Shown: positions 46,425-54,898 of the stretch, one piece after another | Position numbering within the stretch: position 1 is the stretch's first letter | How the letters are laid out: each line of letters starts with the position of its first letter | From: Candidatus Paceibacter sp. | Lineage (GTDB): Bacteria; Patescibacteriota; Patescibacteriia; Magasanikbacterales; UBA922 | Assembly: GCA_020725175.1 (NCBI GenBank) | Contig: DYFM01000001.1 | Location: 65,504-129,503, forward strand | Reading direction: 5' to 3' | Length of the DNA stretch: 64,000 nt | Position numbers and translations under genes: made by a program | The notes under the pieces: model-generated | What the model saw: the letters and a program-made list of their open reading frames with translations, nothing else | The model's database searches: none | What the model was told of the DNA's origin: nothing

Positions 46425-46772
46425 ATGCCTGTCTATACCTCTACCTATTATCCACAACTTCGTCAAAGTCGGGTTGCTCTTCATCAGGAAGTGGCAAATA
46501 AAAGTCTGATGATTTTGCTTGGTGTGCTCATTGCTGTTATGTCGGTGTTATATATACTAAAAGTAACTACTGTGGCTACCAAAGGAAATGATTTTGCCAA
46601 GCTGGAGGCTCATAAAAAAGCTTTATTAGTAGAAACCGAACAATTAAACATTGAAATTGCTGAGCACCGCTCGATGAAAAGTATTGAAGAGCGATTGAAA
46701 GATGTTCACATGGTTCGAGTTGATGAAATGCAGTATATTACTCCAACGGGTGTTGCGGTGGTAAGACGATAA
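46425..46772 (+). CDS. ftsL: FtsL-like cell-division protein
   Basis: Small bitopic protein (TM LMILLGVLIAVMSVLYILKV followed by a coiled coil), in the canonical position after rsmH. Confidence 0.6.
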   Translation: MPVYTSTYYPQLRQSRVALHQEVANKSLMILLGVLIAVMSVLYILKVTTVATKGNDFAKLEAHKKALLVETEQLNIEIAEHRSMKSIEERLKDVHMVRVDEMQYITPTGVAVVRR

Positions 46773-46899
46773 AATTTGTCACGAAAAAAAGATTATTGTA
46801 TGTAATTTATAAAACGTACAAAATCTATAAAACAGACAAAACGGATAAAACTAAAAAACGGATGAGATGAGTAGTAAAATATTTAAAACGAGTAAAATT

Positions 46900-47012
46900 G
46901 AATCCGCCCACAGCCCTAGGCGGGCAGGCAAGGCGGACGAGGGTTTTATTCTCTCCCGATTTGATCGGGAAAAACTACCTATAGCGATACCCCGTCAGCT
47001 TGCTGCGGGGTA
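46900..47012. repeat. GC-rich intergenic repeat (CCTAGG-core family), copy B
   Basis: aatccgcccacagccctaggcgggcaggcaaggcggacgagggttttattc...gataccccgtcagcttgctgcggggtaattcattca. Followed by the terminator hairpin aaactccctttgattgggagttttttt (47034-47062). Confidence 0.7.
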
Positions 47013-47147
47013 ATTCATTCAGGTCTATAATTCAAACTCCCTTTGATTGGGAGTTTTTTTGCTTTTGTGGTATACTTAATTTAACTTTTTTAAAATGATT
47101 ACGTCAACTGACTTGTAAATGTTCAGCACAAATTTGGAAATTGTTAT

Positions 47148-47525
47148 TTGTCATTTGAAATGTACCTTATGTGGTTATTGGTATTTCAACGCATGATTAT
47201 AGAATTCGCTCTCGATGTGGTTTATTTTCCATTGTGGTGGTATACAGATGGTTTAAAGCGAGTGGCTGTTGGGTGTTGGCATTGGATAGAGGATGGGAAC
47301 GATCATTTTGCGCCCGGGCTATGGTTGAAGAATATGTTTGTTCCTATGTTTGGACAGTATGACTGGCAAGGAAGATTGATGAGTTTGTTCATGCGGTTTG
47401 TCAATGTAGTTGGGCGAAGTGTTGCGCTAGGAATTTGGGTTGTTATTATTGCACTTTTGTTTCTGTTGTGGGTGATTTTTCCTGTCTTTGTGATGTATAT
47501 GTTGGTGCGATCGCTTGTGATTTGA
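47148..47525 (+). CDS. Hypothetical membrane protein (125 aa, Trp-rich)
   Basis: ORF track. Two or three TM helices. Confidence 0.45.
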   Translation: MSFEMYLMWLLVFQRMIIEFALDVVYFPLWWYTDGLKRVAVGCWHWIEDGNDHFAPGLWLKNMFVPMFGQYDWQGRLMSLFMRFVNVVGRSVALGIWVVIIALLFLLWVIFPVFVMYMLVRSLVI

Positions 47526-47654
47526 TGAGATAGATTTTTTTTGAGCAACAGAGGGGAACGGATTACAAACGGATTAGAGCAGAACCTACGTATAAACTGC
47601 GCTCATTATGAATCATGAAAAATTAAACAGTAAAAATTTGAACTTACTTACGGT

Positions 47655-50432
47655 ATGCAATTTTTGAAACAAGCGCCGTTATCTATCTTATCTTGTTTGG
47701 AATGTCGTGGAACAGGTTATGTCGCTTATAAAAAATGTCCGGAGTGTGACGGAATGATTGCTGGGCGGTGGACGCGCGGGAGGTTTTTGTATTGGGGAGA
47801 ATCGGTGACGTCGTACCACATTGCTCTTCGAAAGGCGCGGGGTTGGCTTGATCGGTTTCATATTATTGGTGCGCTCTTGTTCGGGTTTGGGTTTTTGGGA
47901 TTATTTTTTTGGGATATAGGAAAAAGAAACGTGGGAGATCAATTGTTCACGCTTGCGTTTTGGTCTGGATCGGATGGTAATGCTCAACCGCTGTTTTGGA
48001 TGGCGGTGGTATCAGGTAGCTATCTTTTGTATCGTGTGATAGTGATGTTTCCAAAGAATGAATATGTTGAAGCATCTTCCTACGAACAGGCGGCACAGAT
48101 TGAAGATGTCCCGCGATTACTGACGTGGTCACAAATGACACGCTTGCGAAAGGCAAAACGTGTGTCTATTTCCGCTACGTTTACCCTTCAGGCAAAACAG
48201 GTCATAGAGCAGGCTTTTGTGGTGGCACGTCGTCACCAGGCTACTGAAGTGACACCAATTCATTTGTTATACGCACTTGCTTCGGCTGATTCAGTGTTGA
48301 GTGTGTTTTTGCGTCTTGGAATACCGGGTAAAACGGTGCAATCTCGCCTCGCTTCGCTGTTTTCAACCGAAACAAGAGAGGTTGAACCGGTATTTTCGGA
48401 GGACCTGTTTCAAATTCTTTTTCATGCGTATGAATATGCTTACGAAGGAAAGCAGGAACAAGTTCAGGTCACGGAACTTTTGTGGGCAACAGTGAATCAG
48501 TCGGAAGAGATTCAAGAGCTATTATATGATATGGAAGTGGATCGTGATAAACTTGAAAACGTCATTGAGTGGATGCGGATTCGCGAGCGGCTTCGTAGAC
48601 AACACAGTCGTTTTTCTCGAGCTGCGGCTGGAAGAAGTAAATATGGCATTGATAAAGCCATGACGGCTGTTGCTACACCATATTTAAATAATTTTAGTAA
48701 AGATCTTACCCTCATAGCTAAGTACGGAAACATTGACACCTGTGTGGCGCGTGATGAGGAAATTGAAGAAGTGTTTCGCATTGTAGAGGGTGGGAGGCAA
48801 AGTGTGGTGTTGGTAGGGGAGCGAGGAGTTGGCAAGCGAACGATTATTGAAGGAATTGTAGAGCGTATGATTGAGGACACGGTGCCAAAACGTTTGCGCG
48901 ATAAGCGGCTAGTCCAAATTTCTACCTCAGCCTTGTTGGCTGGAACAACGGTGGCTGGCGCACAAGAACGATTGATTCGGATGATGAATGAAATAGCCCA
49001 TGCCGGAAACGTAATTGTGTTTATCAACAACATTCATGATCTCATGAGTATTGGGACTGGCAACGGGGACAGTGGAATGGATGTGTCGGAGACGTTGGCG
49101 GAATACTTAAATTCCGGAAGATTTTTAACATTTGCGACGACAACAGTAGACGCGTATAATCGTTTTATCCTTCGTTCCGAGCTTGGAAAAACGTTGGCCC
49201 GAGTAGAAGTAAAAGAAATGGACCAAAATCAGGCTATTCAGGCATTGGAAGCAAAAGTGGGATATGAAGAATACAAGCACAATGTTTTTTTCTCTTATGA
49301 TTCACTCGCTGCTTGTGTTCGGTTATCAGGGAAATTTTTACATGATCAAGTGTTACCACAAAGTGCCTTTGCTGTTATGAGTGAAACAGCAAGCTTGGTC
49401 AGAAGTACGAGAGGAGAACATCAGTTGGTTGATCGAGATGATGTAGCTGCGATTATCAGTCAAAAAACCGGTATTCCGGTGACCACTATGACAGAAGATG
49501 AATCGGAAAAATTGTTGCGACTTGAAGAAGAAATGCACAAGCGTGTTGTGGGACAAGATGAGGCGGTCTATGTGATTGCAAACGCTCTTCGTCGTGCTCG
49601 AGCTGAGATTCGTTCCCAAAATCGTCCGATTGCCAACTTTCTTTTTCTTGGTCCAACCGGTGTAGGAAAAACAGAGCTGGCGAAAACGATCGCCGAGATT
49701 TATTTTGGTGGTGAAGATCGAATGATTCGGCTAGATATGAGTGAATATCAGGATACCGCGAGTGTGTATCGTCTCATCGGTCAACCAGGTCAACAAGGAA
49801 CCGGAATTCTCACTGAAGCGGTGCGGCAACGTCCCTTTTCGTTGGTCTTACTTGATGAAATGGAAAAGGCTGATCCAAATATCTTGAATATCTTTTTACA
49901 AGTGTTTGATGATGGCCGGTTGACGGATAGTACTGGACGAGTAATTGATTTTACCAATACCATTATTATAGCAACTTCAAACGCTGGAACAACGGTTGTC
50001 ACGGAGCAGGTAAAGGCTGGTGTGCCACTTGAAGAAATAAAAGAACAGTTGATTCGTGGAGAACTGAAGCAATACTATCGTCCGGAATTTCTCAATCGGT
50101 TTGATAGTATCGTCTTATTTAAGTCTCTCAATCGAGAAGAAATCAAGCAAATTGCCGGACTCATGTTGAAGCGTATCGAAAAAGAACTGGAAGACAGAGG
50201 GTATTTCTTGCGCGTGGAAAATGGTGCCCTGGAAGTCTTGGCCGATATTGGGTTTGACCCCGAATTTGGCGCTCGACCGATGCGACGAGCGATTCAAGAT
50301 CGGGTGGAAAATACGTTAGCGGAATTGTTGATAAGTAAATATCTGAAACGTCGGGATACTATTATTTTAGGTGATGGGCTTCGGCTGTGGATAGAGAATC
50401 CGGAGGGGAATGTGCCGGTGAAAACTAGGTGA
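47655..50432 (+). CDS. Clp/Hsp100-family AAA+ ATPase (ClpC-like, two nucleotide-binding domains) with an N-terminal zinc ribbon and a membrane anchor
   Basis: CLECRGTGYVAYKKCPECDGMIAG (CxxC...CxxC). Two TM helices (FHIIGALLFGFGFLGLFFW, LFWMAVVSGSYLLYRVIVMF). Clp-N-like repeats. D1 Walker A VLVGERGVGKRTIIEGIVERM. D2 Walker A FLFLGPTGVGKTELAKTIAEIYFG. Sensor 2 region near the C-terminus. Confidence 0.8.
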   Translation: MQFLKQAPLSILSCLECRGTGYVAYKKCPECDGMIAGRWTRGRFLYWGESVTSYHIALRKARGWLDRFHIIGALLFGFGFLGLFFWDIGKRNVGDQLFTLAFWSGSDGNAQPLFWMAVVSGSYLLYRVIVMFPKNEYVEASSYEQAAQIEDVPRLLTWSQMTRLRKAKRVSISATFTLQAKQVIEQAFVVARRHQATEVTPIHLLYALASADSVLSVFLRLGIPGKTVQSRLASLFSTETREVEPVFSEDLFQILFHAYEYAYEGKQEQVQVTELLWATVNQSEEIQELLYDMEVDRDKLENVIEWMRIRERLRRQHSRFSRAAAGRSKYGIDKAMTAVATPYLNNFSKDLTLIAKYGNIDTCVARDEEIEEVFRIVEGGRQSVVLVGERGVGKRTIIEGIVERMIEDTVPKRLRDKRLVQISTSALLAGTTVAGAQERLIRMMNEIAHAGNVIVFINNIHDLMSIGTGNGDSGMDVSETLAEYLNSGRFLTFATTTVDAYNRFILRSELGKTLARVEVKEMDQNQAIQALEAKVGYEEYKHNVFFSYDSLAACVRLSGKFLHDQVLPQSAFAVMSETASLVRSTRGEHQLVDRDDVAAIISQKTGIPVTTMTEDESEKLLRLEEEMHKRVVGQDEAVYVIANALRRARAEIRSQNRPIANFLFLGPTGVGKTELAKTIAEIYFGGEDRMIRLDMSEYQDTASVYRLIGQPGQQGTGILTEAVRQRPFSLVLLDEMEKADPNILNIFLQVFDDGRLTDSTGRVIDFTNTIIIATSNAGTTVVTEQVKAGVPLEEIKEQLIRGELKQYYRPEFLNRFDSIVLFKSLNREEIKQIAGLMLKRIEKELEDRGYFLRVENGALEVLADIGFDPEFGARPMRRAIQDRVENTLAELLISKYLKRRDTIILGDGLRLWIENPEGNVPVKTR

Positions 50433-50661
50433 TGAAAGAAGGAGATGGGGAAATCAGTCTCCGCTTCGCTACGCCTGACAAGTTGCGAAATAACGTAATA
50501 GTGAAATAGGTGGTTTGGTTTGTTGGGACAGCGGATGGAAACGGATTTGGAAGCGGATTGGAGCGGAGGGGGTGTTGGGTGATGGTGATAGGGTGAAATT
50601 TTTTTTAAAGTGCTTCTTCTAGAGGTCGAAAAAAGTGAAGGCGGTCGGTATTTCCGGCCGC

Positions 50662-50841
50662 CTATTTTTTTCCGCCGCGGATCAGCTCGAACCGAGCCTT
50701 GCCGCGGCGGATCATCCAGCGTTGGACTGACGGCCACCCCCGTACCCAGTCCACCAGAATGGCCAAAGGCCACCATGGTGTGAGGGTAAGGAGGACGAAC
50801 GCCAGCACGAGCTGGATGATGTCCCATGTACTGTTTTCCAT
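50662..50841 (-). CDS. Unannotated small membrane peptide (59 aa) with strong RBS and its own terminator
   Basis: Minus strand aaaggaggtggcccATGgaaaac... encodes MENSTWDIIQLVLAFVLLTLTPWWPLAILVDWVRGWPSVQRWMIRRGKARFELIRGGKK. A stem-loop ggcggccggaaataccgaccgcc plus T-run follows the stop. Below the ORF-track size cutoff. Confidence 0.5.
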   Translation of the reverse strand: MENSTWDIIQLVLAFVLLTLTPWWPLAILVDWVRGWPSVQRWMIRRGKARFELIRGGKK

Positions 50842-51060
50842 GGGCCACCTCCTTTGGTTTCATATTGCCATAGTGCGAAAGAAAATCAAAATATGGAGAT
50901 GACAATCTGTTTTGATAGAGGTGGATATTGTTTTCTGTCTTTTTTGTGATATACTTTCGGTAATTTCTTTGAGAGAAACAGATTGACATTTCTCGCTCTG
51001 TTATTTACCTTCTCTCTTTAGGTTTCAGGTCTGAAGACTTGAGTTACATGATTTCTTGTT

Positions 51061-52137
51061 ATGTTTTTCATTTATTTTTTCGCCACTTTTCTCCTTTCCT
51101 TGTTGTTTACTGCTTGGACACGGCAGATGATGAGACGGCTGAGAATCGTCGATCGAGCGAAAGCAAGTGAGCGGAAGATTCACAAAAAAACAGTTCCGCT
51201 CGGGGGTGGAATTGGTATTTTTGTCAGTTTTTTTCTCGTGATATTTCTGGCGTTATTCGTTTTTCACGATATTGGTATCGATATTGTTCCTCGATATGTA
51301 TGGGGATTGTTTATTGGTGGCTTGGTGTTACTCATTGGTGGAATACTTGATGATAAATACACCTTTAAAGCTCGATATCAAATCATTTTTCCAATTCTTG
51401 CGGCAATCGTTGTCATTGGTTTTGGTATTGGTCCACACGAAGTGACCAACCCGTTTGGCGGAGTGGTACGGCTGGACAAAATAGAAATTCCAATTGACGG
51501 ACTTGGAACATGGGTGGTGCTTGCTGACATTGTGGTATTTTTTTGGCTCATGGGAATGATGTTTACAACAAAATTTCTGGATGGTCTCGACGGACTGGTA
51601 GCCGGTATAGTGACTATTGGAGCGATTATGATTTTTTTTCTGAGTCGTCAATCACAATGGTTTCAGCCCGAAGTTGCGCTGATGTCGTCGGTGTTTGCCG
51701 GGGCGTGTCTCGGATTTTTGGTTTGGAACTGGCATCCGGCCAAGATTTTTTTGGGGGAAGGAGGAAGTTTGTTTACCGGATTTTTACTTGGATCACTGGC
51801 AATTATTTCAGGTGGAAAAATTGCGACTACTCTATTGGTCGTTGGGGTGCCAATGCTGGACGTTGCGCGGGTTATTGTGCGGAGAATTCAAAAGAAGCAA
51901 CCGTTTTACGTGGGAGATAATGAGCACTTACATTTTAAACTACTTCATTCGGGCTTATCGCAACGACAAGCAGTATTATTACTATATACCATTTCATTTT
52001 CTTTTGGAGTTACGACATTGTTTTTACAGAGTAGTCAAAAATTAGTCGCCCTATTATTTTTACTTGTTCTTATGTTATTGGTAGGAGTATGGTTTACAAA
52101 AAAAGAAACCACACAGACAAGTCATTTAAGTACGTGA
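51061..52137 (+). CDS. Polyprenyl-phosphate N-acetylhexosamine-1-phosphate transferase (GT4 MraY/WecA family)
   Basis: DDKYTFKARYQ (DDxxD) and TTKFLDGLDGLVAG (NxxNxxDGxDGL) in a protein with about 10 TM helices. Confidence 0.8.
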   Translation: MFFIYFFATFLLSLLFTAWTRQMMRRLRIVDRAKASERKIHKKTVPLGGGIGIFVSFFLVIFLALFVFHDIGIDIVPRYVWGLFIGGLVLLIGGILDDKYTFKARYQIIFPILAAIVVIGFGIGPHEVTNPFGGVVRLDKIEIPIDGLGTWVVLADIVVFFWLMGMMFTTKFLDGLDGLVAGIVTIGAIMIFFLSRQSQWFQPEVALMSSVFAGACLGFLVWNWHPAKIFLGEGGSLFTGFLLGSLAIISGGKIATTLLVVGVPMLDVARVIVRRIQKKQPFYVGDNEHLHFKLLHSGLSQRQAVLLLYTISFSFGVTTLFLQSSQKLVALLFLLVLMLLVGVWFTKKETTQTSHLST

Positions 52138-52138
52138 A

Positions 52139-52666
52139 ATGAGGTATTTATCGTTTCAAGATATGTTTTTTCGAAAAAAGAACAATGAGAAATCAAAAGA
52201 GCCTAAACCATGGCATTATGCGGTACTTCTTGGTATTGTGGCAATCTCTTTTGTTGTTTGGATGTTTCAAGACAAGATGGATGTTGTTACTCTTGAAGTG
52301 AAGGATGAAAGGCTGCAGGTATTGGTTGCTTCAACATTTCAGCAACAGTACCGTGGACTTGGGGGAAGAGAATCACTGGGTGAGTATGATGGAATGTTGT
52401 TTCCGTTCGGGTATGAGGGGCGACATGCAATTGTGATGCGGGATATGCGATTTCCTATTGATATTGTATGGTTGCGATACAATGAGGTGGTTGATATTGC
52501 CCCTATGGTACCAATTGAGCCTGATGAGTCTGAACATGCGTTATTTCGTTATACGCCACGAACAGATGCCACGACTGTTCTTGAACTTGAAGCCGGGCGA
52601 GCCAGTGAGTTGGGTTTACGTATCGGAGATACAGTGCGTTTGATTGAGAATGAGTCAGTTTTGTGA
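52139..52666 (+). CDS. DUF192 (COG1430) family protein
   Basis: N-terminal TM, then GMLFPFGYEGRHAIVMRDMRFPIDIVWL and LELEAGRASELGLRIGD resemble DUF192 conserved blocks. Confidence 0.5.
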   Translation: MRYLSFQDMFFRKKNNEKSKEPKPWHYAVLLGIVAISFVVWMFQDKMDVVTLEVKDERLQVLVASTFQQQYRGLGGRESLGEYDGMLFPFGYEGRHAIVMRDMRFPIDIVWLRYNEVVDIAPMVPIEPDESEHALFRYTPRTDATTVLELEAGRASELGLRIGDTVRLIENESVL

Positions 52667-52706
52667 TACCATGGATGTGTGATGTTTTATTTATTTCAAT
52701 ATCATT

Positions 52707-53717
52707 ATGTTAAATCAAACTCCAATTTTTGAAAAAAAGAATGTTCTTGTTACCGGTGGTGCTGGTTTTTTGGGTTCGCATTTGTGTGAGCGGTTGCTCA
52801 AGGAAGCAAAAGTGATTTGTATTGATGATTTATCAAATTCCACGATTCGTAATATTGATCATTTGCTGCAATATCCGGATTTTGAGTTTATCCGATATGA
52901 TGTCAATCAGCCAATTCATCTTGATGATTTTCCGGAATTAGCGAAATTTAAAGTGAAGTTTCAAGGAATCCAAGAAGTGTATCATCTAGCATGTCCTACC
53001 AGTCCCAAGAATTTTGAACAAAAGAAGTTGCATTCCTTATGGGCAAACTCAAGTTCCATGATTTCAACCCTTGATCTTGCTGTCAAGTATCATGCCAAAT
53101 ATGTGTTTACTTCAAGTTCGGTAGTGTATGGTCCGGCGCCAGCGAATAATACTACATTTACCGAAACTGATGAGGGGAAAGTAAACCATTTGTCCCCTCG
53201 GGGCTGTTATGACGAAGGAAAGCGGTTTGCGGAGACGTGTGTTGAGACCTATAGACAGGTGTATGGCTTGGATGCTAAGATTGCTCGAGTATTTACCACG
53301 TACGGTCCTCGGATGCGTTTGCGTGATGGGCTTTTGATTCCGGATTTCATTTTAGACGCAATCGAAAATCGAAACTTGGTAATTTATGGCGGGCCCGAAG
53401 CCAATCAATCCCTCATTTATGTAAGTGATATGGTGGACGGACTAGTGCGTCTCATGCATACGGGTCCGGATGTGCATTTGGTAAATCTTGGTTCCGATCA
53501 GGTGGTTAAAATGAATGAAGTGGCAGAGATGATCATTGCCATGACAGAATCAACGTCTTCAGTGCATTACGAAGAACCGCTTGATTACGTCTCGCAAAAA
53601 GGGATCCCCGACTTACGTCGTGCCAAAGAACACCTTGATTGGTTGCCATTGGTTCGACTTCAGGAAGGACTGAGAAAAACCATTGATTATACGATAGCGC
53701 ATAAGGAGATTATGTAG
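52707..53717 (+). CDS. NAD-dependent epimerase/dehydratase (UDP-glucuronate decarboxylase / UXS-like extended SDR)
   Basis: VLVTGGAGFLGSHLCERLL Rossmann motif and the YDEGKRFAET catalytic motif (YxxxK). Confidence 0.75.
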   Translation: MLNQTPIFEKKNVLVTGGAGFLGSHLCERLLKEAKVICIDDLSNSTIRNIDHLLQYPDFEFIRYDVNQPIHLDDFPELAKFKVKFQGIQEVYHLACPTSPKNFEQKKLHSLWANSSSMISTLDLAVKYHAKYVFTSSSVVYGPAPANNTTFTETDEGKVNHLSPRGCYDEGKRFAETCVETYRQVYGLDAKIARVFTTYGPRMRLRDGLLIPDFILDAIENRNLVIYGGPEANQSLIYVSDMVDGLVRLMHTGPDVHLVNLGSDQVVKMNEVAEMIIAMTESTSSVHYEEPLDYVSQKGIPDLRRAKEHLDWLPLVRLQEGLRKTIDYTIAHKEIM

Positions 53718-53728
53718 ATTCGGATTGT

Positions 53729-54388
53729 ATGATTGTAGCCATAGTTCCAGCCTACAATGAAGAAAAACGCATTGGCTCCGTGGTGCGGAGTCTTTTGCAA
53801 CAGGTTGATCGGGTGGTTGTGATAGATGATTGTTCGAGTGATCAAACCTATGAAGAAGCATATTCTGCTGGTGCTGTTGTGTTACGTCATAAAATAAATA
53901 GGGGTCAGGGGGCGGCACTTGAGACCGGGCATGAGTACGCGCGAAGAGTTGGGGCTCAGTACGTGGCTCACTTTGATGGCGATGGGCAGTTTGATGCAGC
54001 TGATATCCAAAATGCGTATCAACATCTACAAAAAAACAGTGTTGATATTGTGTTTGGGTCTAGATATTTGGATGAGAAATCTACATTACCTTGGTTCAAA
54101 CGGTGTATCATTCATCCAGTGGGAAGGGTTGTCGATCGATTATTTGGTGGGTTGCGGCTAAGTGACGCGCACAATGGGTTTCGATTCATGAACAGAACCG
54201 CTCTCGAGACGCTAAGGCTTCGGCAAGATCGAATGGCACACGCGTCAGAAATTCCTGTACTGGTGCGAAAACACCGTTTGCGATATAGTGAGATTCCAGT
54301 GACGGTGACGTATCATGAATACGGTCAATCGGCACTGAGCGGATTTCAGGTGGTACAGGATTTAGTTGTCGGGCGTTTTCTAAAATAA
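53729..54388 (+). CDS. Family-2 glycosyltransferase (polyprenyl-phosphate sugar transferase-like)
   Basis: IVAIVPAYNEEKRIGSVVRSL...VVIDDCSSDQT GT-A fold with DxD region. Confidence 0.75.
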   Translation: MIVAIVPAYNEEKRIGSVVRSLLQQVDRVVVIDDCSSDQTYEEAYSAGAVVLRHKINRGQGAALETGHEYARRVGAQYVAHFDGDGQFDAADIQNAYQHLQKNSVDIVFGSRYLDEKSTLPWFKRCIIHPVGRVVDRLFGGLRLSDAHNGFRFMNRTALETLRLRQDRMAHASEIPVLVRKHRLRYSEIPVTVTYHEYGQSALSGFQVVQDLVVGRFLK

Positions 54389-54401
54389 CTTAACTTTCTG
54401 A

Positions 54402-54758
54402 TTGTACAGAATACGTATGATTATTCTTTTTCAAATCTTATTCTCATTTTTTTCGCTCTTCGCGATTGTCTCCGTCATAAAAAAAAGAAAAGACGGTTTG
54501 TTGGGGGTAAAAGGAATGGTGTTTTGGGTGTTGTTTTGGTTGGTAGCGGTAGTGGTAGTACTTTGGCCAAATAGTGCGACCATTATTGCTAACACGGTTG
54601 GAATTGGGCGAGGGACAGATTTGACGTTGTATATCTCAGTAGCGGCACTGTTTTTTTTACTGTTTCGCTTGCATATCAAAATTGAAGCAGTGGGGAGAGA
54701 TATTACGAAGTTGGTGCGAGAACGGGCGATAGAAGGTGTGGAAGAAAAAATTAAATAA
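54402..54758 (+). CDS. Small membrane protein, DUF2304-like (GT2-associated)
   Basis: Three TM helices. Lies immediately downstream of the GT2 gene. Confidence 0.45.
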   Translation: MYRIRMIILFQILFSFFSLFAIVSVIKKRKDGLLGVKGMVFWVLFWLVAVVVVLWPNSATIIANTVGIGRGTDLTLYISVAALFFLLFRLHIKIEAVGRDITKLVRERAIEGVEEKIK

Positions 54759-54797
54759 TGAAATAATGAAATAACGAAATAACGAAACAAAGAAATA
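54755..54797. repeat. Tandem 8-nt repeat (AAYGAAAT)x5
   Basis: aaataatgaaataatgaaataacgaaataacgaaacaaagaaat. A related palindromic array lies at 62444-62516. Confidence 0.8.
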
Positions 54798-54898
54798 GTC
54801 AAATAATGATGTAATTTTGTTTTGTGTTTTGAAAAGATACCTTGCTGTTGTTTTGCGGTGAAGTGGTGAACTGTTGCAGTGTAAAAGCGTATTCATTT

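Noticed and set aside
48512-49033. 173-aa minus-strand ORF
   Set aside because: Antisense within the ClpC-like gene.
50294-50989. 231-aa minus-strand ORF spanning the GC-rich island
   Set aside because: Low-complexity Pro/Arg/Ser-rich translation with no RBS. The compact 59-aa ORF in another frame has a strong RBS and terminator and is the better gene model. The plus-strand 67-aa ORF 50699-50902 is likewise rejected.
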